64,000 nt of DNA. Origin: an uncultured Peptococcaceae bacterium. GTDB lineage: Bacteria; Bacillota; Dehalobacteriia; UBA4068; UBA4997. The notes under the pieces were generated by a model. The model did no database searches, was not told the origin of the DNA, and saw only the letters and a program-made list of their open reading frames with translations. Below are positions 59,431-64,000 of the stretch, piece after piece. Location of the stretch: positions 7,987 through 71,986 of the forward strand of contig CANSKT010000003.1 in assembly GCA_947647555.1 (NCBI GenBank), written 5' to 3'. The translations under genes were made by a program, and so were the position numbers. Each line of letters starts with the position of its first letter. Positions within the stretch are counted from its first letter, which is position 1.

Positions 59431-60267
59431 ATGCGGATAAAAAAATCGCCATACCCTCCGGCCACAGACCAGCCAGCCGTCTGGCTGTTAGGCCTGCGCC
59501 CTGCCGCCGCAACACCAAAACGCCCCAAGCGGCTGGACAGATTTCGCCAATGGCTGCACCGCTGGTTAAGCCGCATCTGGCCGCAGAGATTAACGCAAAA
59601 CATCGGCCGACTGCCCGACGACACGCCGGTCAATCTGCTGGAACTGCCCTATACCAAAGAGGAGTTTCGCTACCTGCCCTTATTACAACGCCGCCAGCAG
59701 TTACAGCACGCGCTGTACTGGCTAACCTCGCCCAACAAACAGACGGGCGGCATTCTGCAAATCGGCATGCCCTTAAACCTGCAAACTCTCTTGCCTGCCG
59801 CCGAGCGCCCCACCAATCTGGCCGACGGCTGGCAGCTGGCCGCCCGGGAATTTATTCGCCAAATGGCAGCAGAGTCAGGCGGTCTGCAAGCTAAACAGAT
59901 AGCGATTTTGGGCGTGGAGGCCGCCAGCCTGGCTGAGCAGCATATTTGCGAAGCACTGTTGGCCGCAGGCAGCCGTCCCATTTTATATGGCAGTCACGCG
60001 CTGGGACTGGCCGAGCATTATTATCAAAAATATGGCATTGCCATACCTGTTTTCGGCGCGCGCAAGGCAATCCGCAGCAGCCAGATTATTCTGGTCTTAA
60101 AAGGCCGTCCCCAAACCGCAGCGGTTAATAACAGCAGCAAAAGCGTCTTTTATTTTCGGGAGCCGCATGTCAGCGTGCCGGGCAGTTTTCGGGGCCGTTT
60201 CAGCTTCGGCAGTTTCCCGGCCGGACAGGCCGCCGCCCTGTTTCAGCATATAACTCTTGACAAATAG
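59431..60267 (+). CDS. Hypothetical protein (basic, Arg/Pro-rich N-terminus)
   Basis: 278-aa ORF with an RBS (AAGAGGTG) 8 nt upstream. I recognise no family. Confidence 0.5.
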   Translation: MRIKKSPYPPATDQPAVWLLGLRPAAATPKRPKRLDRFRQWLHRWLSRIWPQRLTQNIGRLPDDTPVNLLELPYTKEEFRYLPLLQRRQQLQHALYWLTSPNKQTGGILQIGMPLNLQTLLPAAERPTNLADGWQLAAREFIRQMAAESGGLQAKQIAILGVEAASLAEQHICEALLAAGSRPILYGSHALGLAEHYYQKYGIAIPVFGARKAIRSSQIILVLKGRPQTAAVNNSSKSVFYFREPHVSVPGSFRGRFSFGSFPAGQAAALFQHITLDK

Positions 60268-60285
60268 CAGCGGCAATATTATAAT
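60257..60285 (+). promoter_or_regulatory. Consensus sigma-A promoter in front of the greA leader
   Basis: TTGACA, a 17-nt spacer, then TATAAT. It overlaps the stop codon of the upstream ORF. Confidence 0.6.
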
Positions 60286-60305
60286 AGTAAGAATAGAAAT
60301 AATAT

Positions 60306-60343
60306 ACAAGCATCTGGGTAAGATGCTTGTTGTTTGTTATTTT
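60306..60343 (+). terminator. Intrinsic terminator/attenuator between that promoter and greA
   Basis: 10-bp stem (ACAAGCATCT-gggta-AGATGCTTGT) followed by TGTTTGTTATTTT. Confidence 0.65.
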
Positions 60344-60366
60344 ATACAAATATGGAGGTATTTTAA

Positions 60367-60837
60367 ATGGCAGAAAAAGAGGTTTTACTCACCAAAGAGG
60401 GCTTGGAAAAGCTGGAGGCCGAGCTTGATAACCTGAAAAACGTAAAACGTATTGAGGTTGCCCAGCGCATTAAAATCGCGATTGGTTTTGGTGACCTTAG
60501 CGAGAACTCTGAATATGAGGATGCCAAAAATGAACAGGCGATGGTTGAAGGCCAGATTGTGGAGTTGGAAAACAAAATCCGCAATGCGCGCGTGATTGAA
60601 ACCCAGGCCAACTCCAACACAGTCAACATTGGCTCCACCGTGCGTCTGCTGCACATGGCGCGCAACATGGAAATGGAATATACTATCGTCGGCTCCACGG
60701 AGTCAGACCCGGCCAAACGCCGCATTTCCAACGAAAGCCCGGTTGGCGAGGCCATTATTGGCCACAAAAAAGGCGATGTTGTACAGGTTGCGGCTCCCAA
60801 AGGCGCATTGCAATACAAAATTTTGGAAATCAGCTAA
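60367..60837 (+). CDS. greA: Transcription elongation factor GreA
   Basis: 156-aa ORF (LTKEGLEKLEAELDNLK, GDLSENSEYEDAK). Confidence 0.95.
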   Translation: MAEKEVLLTKEGLEKLEAELDNLKNVKRIEVAQRIKIAIGFGDLSENSEYEDAKNEQAMVEGQIVELENKIRNARVIETQANSNTVNIGSTVRLLHMARNMEMEYTIVGSTESDPAKRRISNESPVGEAIIGHKKGDVVQVAAPKGALQYKILEIS

Positions 60838-60892
60838 AAGAACCGCAAATATTCCTTATTTTTCATAAATATAAAACTGGAAGTGATTTATC

Positions 60893-62833
60893 TTGGCAAA
60901 AGAACAGCAAAATACACCGGCCACCGAGGAACAGGAGCAAGTTCAGGTTAAAGAAATTGAAGTGCGCCGCCAAAAGCTGGACGCCCTGCGTGAGCGCGGC
61001 ATAGACCCTTTTGGTGCGGCTTTTAACGCCAGCCATACCACCAGCCAGGCGTTGGCCGAATTTGACGATGAACAGCCTGAAAAAACCGTAAAAATTGCCG
61101 GCCGCATTATGTCTAAACGCGGTCAGGGCAAGGTTTCCTTTTTAGACCTGCATGACCAGTCCGGCAAGATGCAAATTTACGTAAAAATTGACGAAGTCGG
61201 CGAAGAGCAATTCTCCTTGCTGAAGCTGCTGGACGTTGGCGATATTATCGGCGTTGCCGGCCCGGTTTTCCGCACCCAACGCGGCGAGATTTCCGTCCGC
61301 GCGCAGCAGTTAACCGTACTCAGCAAAAGCCTGCACCCCCTGCCGGAAAAATGGCACGGCTTAAAGGACGTGGAACTGCGCTATCGTCAGCGCTATGTTG
61401 ATTTAATTGTCAACCCGGAAGTTAAGGATACTTTCATCAAACGCAGCCTGATTATCAGCGCTGTGCGCGATTATCTGAACGGACAGGGCTTTTTGGAAGT
61501 GGAAACGCCCACCATGCACAACATTCCCGGCGGCGCGGCGGCACGCCCGTTCATCACTCACCACAACGCGCTGAATATTGACCTCTACATGCGCATAGCC
61601 CTGGAGTTATACCTCAAGCGTCTGATTGTCGGCGGTCTGGAAAAAGTTTATGAGATTGGCCGCGTATACCGCAACGAGGGTCTGGATTACAAGCATAATC
61701 CGGAATTTACCCTGCTGGAACTCTATCAGGCGTACAGCGATTATCAGGGCATGATGGAGCTGACCGAAAACATGGTGGCGCAGGTAGCGCAAAAAGTTTT
61801 GGGTACCATGCAAATTACTTATGAGGATACGCAAATTGATTTAACTCCGCCCTGGAACCGCATGACAATGCAGGAGGCTGTGTTGAAATTCAGCGGCGTA
61901 GATTTTGCCCAGGTGCCGGACGATGCAGCCGCCCAGGCGCTGGCCAAAGAGCATCATATCGTTATTGAGCCGCATTTCACCAAAGGCAAAATCCTCTCTC
62001 TATTCTTTGACGCTTACGTGGAGGAGCATTTAATCCAGCCTACTTTCATCACCGATTATCCGATTGAAATTTCACCACTGGCTAAAAAGCATACGGACGA
62101 CCCCAACATGGTTTATCGTTTTGAAGCCTTTGTTTATGGCCGCGAGTTAGCCAACGCTTTCTCAGAGTTAAACGACCCCATTGACCAGCGTGAGCGCTTT
62201 ATGCAGCAAATGCTGGAGCGCGAGCGCGGCGACGAAGAAGCCAACATGCTGGACGAAGATTATGTAAACGCCCTGGAATATGGTATGCCGCCCACCGGTG
62301 GCTTGGGCATTGGCATGGATCGGCTGGTCATGTTGCTGACTAACGCTTCATCAATTCGCGATGTTCTCCTTTTCCCGGCCATGCGGCCCTTAAACGGCGC
62401 TAAAGAAGAAAACAATGTAATTTCTGAAGCTGTTGCAGAAGCCGAGCCGGAAAAGATTGATTTTTCAAAGGTAGAGATTGAGCCTTTATTTAAGGATTTC
62501 GTTGATTTTGAAACATTCAGCAAGTCAGATTTTCGAGCCGTAAAGGTTCTGGCCTGTGAAGCAGTACCCAAATCCAAAAAGCTGTTGAAATTCACCTTAG
62601 ATGACGGTACGGCTGAGAACAGAATAATTTTAAGCGGTATTCACGAATATTATGAACCGGAAGAATTGCTTGGCAAAACTTGCATTGCCATCACCAACCT
62701 GCCGCCAAGAAAAATGATGGGGATTGACTCCTGCGGTATGCTGATTAGTGCCGTTCATAATGAAGAAGGCGCAGAAAAACTCCATCTTCTGATGGTGGAC
62801 AACCACATTCCTGCCGGCGCTAAACTTTACTAA
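60893..62833 (+). CDS. lysS: Lysine--tRNA ligase (class II) fused to a C-terminal Trbp111/EMAPII-type tRNA-binding domain
   Basis: 646-aa ORF with a TTG start. The LysRS core ends near [12 protein letters not shown]. The last 130 aa or so ([27 protein letters not shown]...[21 protein letters not shown]) resemble the MetRS C-terminal tRNA_bind domain. Confidence 0.9.
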   Translation: MAKEQQNTPATEEQEQVQVKEIEVRRQKLDALRERGIDPFGAAFNASHTTSQALAEFDDEQPEKTVKIAGRIMSKRGQGKVSFLDLHDQSGKMQIYVKIDEVGEEQFSLLKLLDVGDIIGVAGPVFRTQRGEISVRAQQLTVLSKSLHPLPEKWHGLKDVELRYRQRYVDLIVNPEVKDTFIKRSLIISAVRDYLNGQGFLEVETPTMHNIPGGAAARPFITHHNALNIDLYMRIALELYLKRLIVGGLEKVYEIGRVYRNEGLDYKHNPEFTLLELYQAYSDYQGMMELTENMVAQVAQKVLGTMQITYEDTQIDLTPPWNRMTMQEAVLKFSGVDFAQVPDDAAAQALAKEHHIVIEPHFTKGKILSLFFDAYVEEHLIQPTFITDYPIEISPLAKKHTDDPNMVYRFEAFVYGRELANAFSELNDPIDQRERFMQQMLERERGDEEANMLDEDYVNALEYGMPPTGGLGIGMDRLVMLLTNASSIRDVLLFPAMRPLNGAKEENNVISEAVAEAEPEKIDFSKVEIEPLFKDFVDFETFSKSDFRAVKVLACEAVPKSKKLLKFTLDDGTAENRIILSGIHEYYEPEELLGKTCIAITNLPPRKMMGIDSCGMLISAVHNEEGAEKLHLLMVDNHIPAGAKLY

Positions 62834-62861
62834 AACGTAAAATTTATACAATAGCGCAAAA

Positions 62862-62894
62862 AAGCAACGACTACTAAAAAAGTAGTCGTTGCTT
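62862..62894. terminator. Bidirectional terminator between lysS and the convergent gene
   Basis: 14-bp stem (AAGCAACGACTACT-aaaaa-AGTAGTCGTTGCTT) flanked by A and T runs. Confidence 0.8.
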
Positions 62895-62896
62895 TT

Positions 62897-64000
62897 TTAA
62901 TACAAACGCTGCCAGCCCTCTATGTTATCCCATTCTTTCAGTATCTCCGGCAACTCATCAAGCGTCAGATACCATTTGCCGTCGCTGCAAATCAGATATT
63001 CCGTATATTCCTCCGGCACCGGCTGACCGGGAACATGCACATATAACTCAAAGTCGGCATAAACACTGCCGTCCTGCCGTAAAAAATCATAACCCGTCAG
63101 CAGATAATAACAATCCGGATTATCCAAATCAGGGAACACACCCAAATTCTCCTCCGCCGGCGCGTCTGTCTCCTCAAAGCAGGCCGCAAAAATTTCAGCA
63201 TACATTTGTTGCGCCAAATGCGGCCTGTCCAGCTGCATACTAAAAATTTCATTAGTCATGCGCACATGGCGCACCACCTTAGTCACCGACTGCTCCGGCC
63301 GCGCGATATCCACACGCAAACTATTCTCGTCCCATTGCAAATCCAAATCAAACAACCGCGCCACAAAGCGCAGCGGCAAATAGGTTCTGCCCTCTCGCTC
63401 CTGCGCCGGTACGTCCAAAATGCAATACTGCTGCCCGTCCTGCAAAACTGCGCTCTCATTCAGGCGCAAAGAATACGTATGCCGCCCCGAGCGCAGAGTA
63501 ATCCGCTGTGTAGCGTCCTTGTATTCCAGCGGCAACTCAAACAAATCGCAAATATCACGCAACGGCAGCAATACGCGCCCCTTGCGCAGCCAGCCCTCCG
63601 CCGCCAGCTTTTCGCCGTCCAGATAAATCGCAATATCTTCATCGGCCGGCGGCGCAACTCTTGGTAACCGCCCCAGATAAGCATCTTCCAGCAACCAAAA
63701 GCCCTGTATATTTGTCAACCGTAAAGATGATGTATCAATTTTGGCCGTTGGGTCAAGCACAACTCCGGTCAAATCTCGCTTATGTACATCAGTAGTCTCG
63801 CGCAGCAACTGCCAATTCTGGCCGTCAAAAAGATACAAACAGTTACAATCATAAACCAGCGCCACACTATGTTTCTGCCAGGCAGCTTCACGCACCTGCG
63901 GCACAAATCTGTTTTCATTAAAATTATAAAATGTATCACTGTTTCCGGCCAAATCATCTCGCTTCACCGCGGAAAGCAAATATTTTACTTCGCCCTCATA
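62897..64000 (-). CDS. Copper-amine-oxidase-N-like (stalk) domain protein, possibly continuing beyond the window
   Basis: The repeats IYLDGEKL...KGRVLLPLRDICDLFELPLEY and GRTYLPLRFVARLFDLDLQWD are present. The frame stays open to position 64000; the track start at 63979 is a TTG. Confidence 0.65.
   Translation of the reverse strand, partial: YEGEVKYLLSAVKRDDLAGNSDTFYNFNENRFVPQVREAAWQKHSVALVYDCNCLYLFDGQNWQLLRETTDVHKRDLTGVVLDPTAKIDTSSLRLTNIQGFWLLEDAYLGRLPRVAPPADEDIAIYLDGEKLAAEGWLRKGRVLLPLRDICDLFELPLEYKDATQRITLRSGRHTYSLRLNESAVLQDGQQYCILDVPAQEREGRTYLPLRFVARLFDLDLQWDENSLRVDIARPEQSVTKVVRHVRMTNEIFSMQLDRPHLAQQMYAEIFAACFEETDAPAEENLGVFPDLDNPDCYYLLTGYDFLRQDGSVYADFELYVHVPGQPVPEEYTEYLICSDGKWYLTLDELPEILKEWDNIEGWQRLY

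Noticed and set aside
60363-60818. 151-aa minus-strand ORF opposite greA.
   Set aside because: It is antisense to a clearly conserved GreA coding sequence, with no RBS.
60841-60892. Checked for a T-box, L-box or other riboswitch leader upstream of lysS, ilvC, the amino-acid ABC operon and ybaK.
   Set aside because: The leaders are too short (about 55-90 nt) and lack specifier/antiterminator or riboswitch-like conserved cores.

Overview
This window reads as chromosomal DNA from a fairly GC-rich, spore-forming Firmicute (Clostridia-like), judged from gene content, SD-type ribosome-binding sites and CotF-like coat genes. Most of it is housekeeping. It holds rapZ-yvcK, uvrC and uvrA, a glycolytic operon (gap-pgk-tpiA-gpmI-eno), one tRNA-Pro(CGG), a polar amino-acid ABC importer, two two-component systems and a sufCD-like pair. 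It also holds azlCD, rarA, rluD, lspA, bioA with a BirA operator, ilvC, ispDF, yacL, greA and a lysS carrying an extra C-terminal tRNA-binding domain. The standout is a 15.2-kb block (35228-50475, minus strand) of 21 co-oriented genes. They encode terminase, portal, scaffold, capsid, contractile sheath and tube, baseplate, fibre, holin and lysin. The block has no integrase, repressor or replication genes and no visible att repeats. Its small terminase is truncated to 88 aa, no normal tape measure is recognisable, and the tail-assembly and baseplate-hub genes sit between portal and scaffold instead of after the tube. I read it as a candidate domesticated PBSX/GTA-like particle locus. Other points worth a second look are a type I toxin-antitoxin-like locus (52637-53012), a promoter-terminator leader in front of greA, a -1 frameshift site in the tail chaperone, a duplicated rapZ 5-prime end, and an AT-rich islet with tandem paralogous membrane proteins. 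I saw no rRNA, CRISPR array, IS element or transposase.
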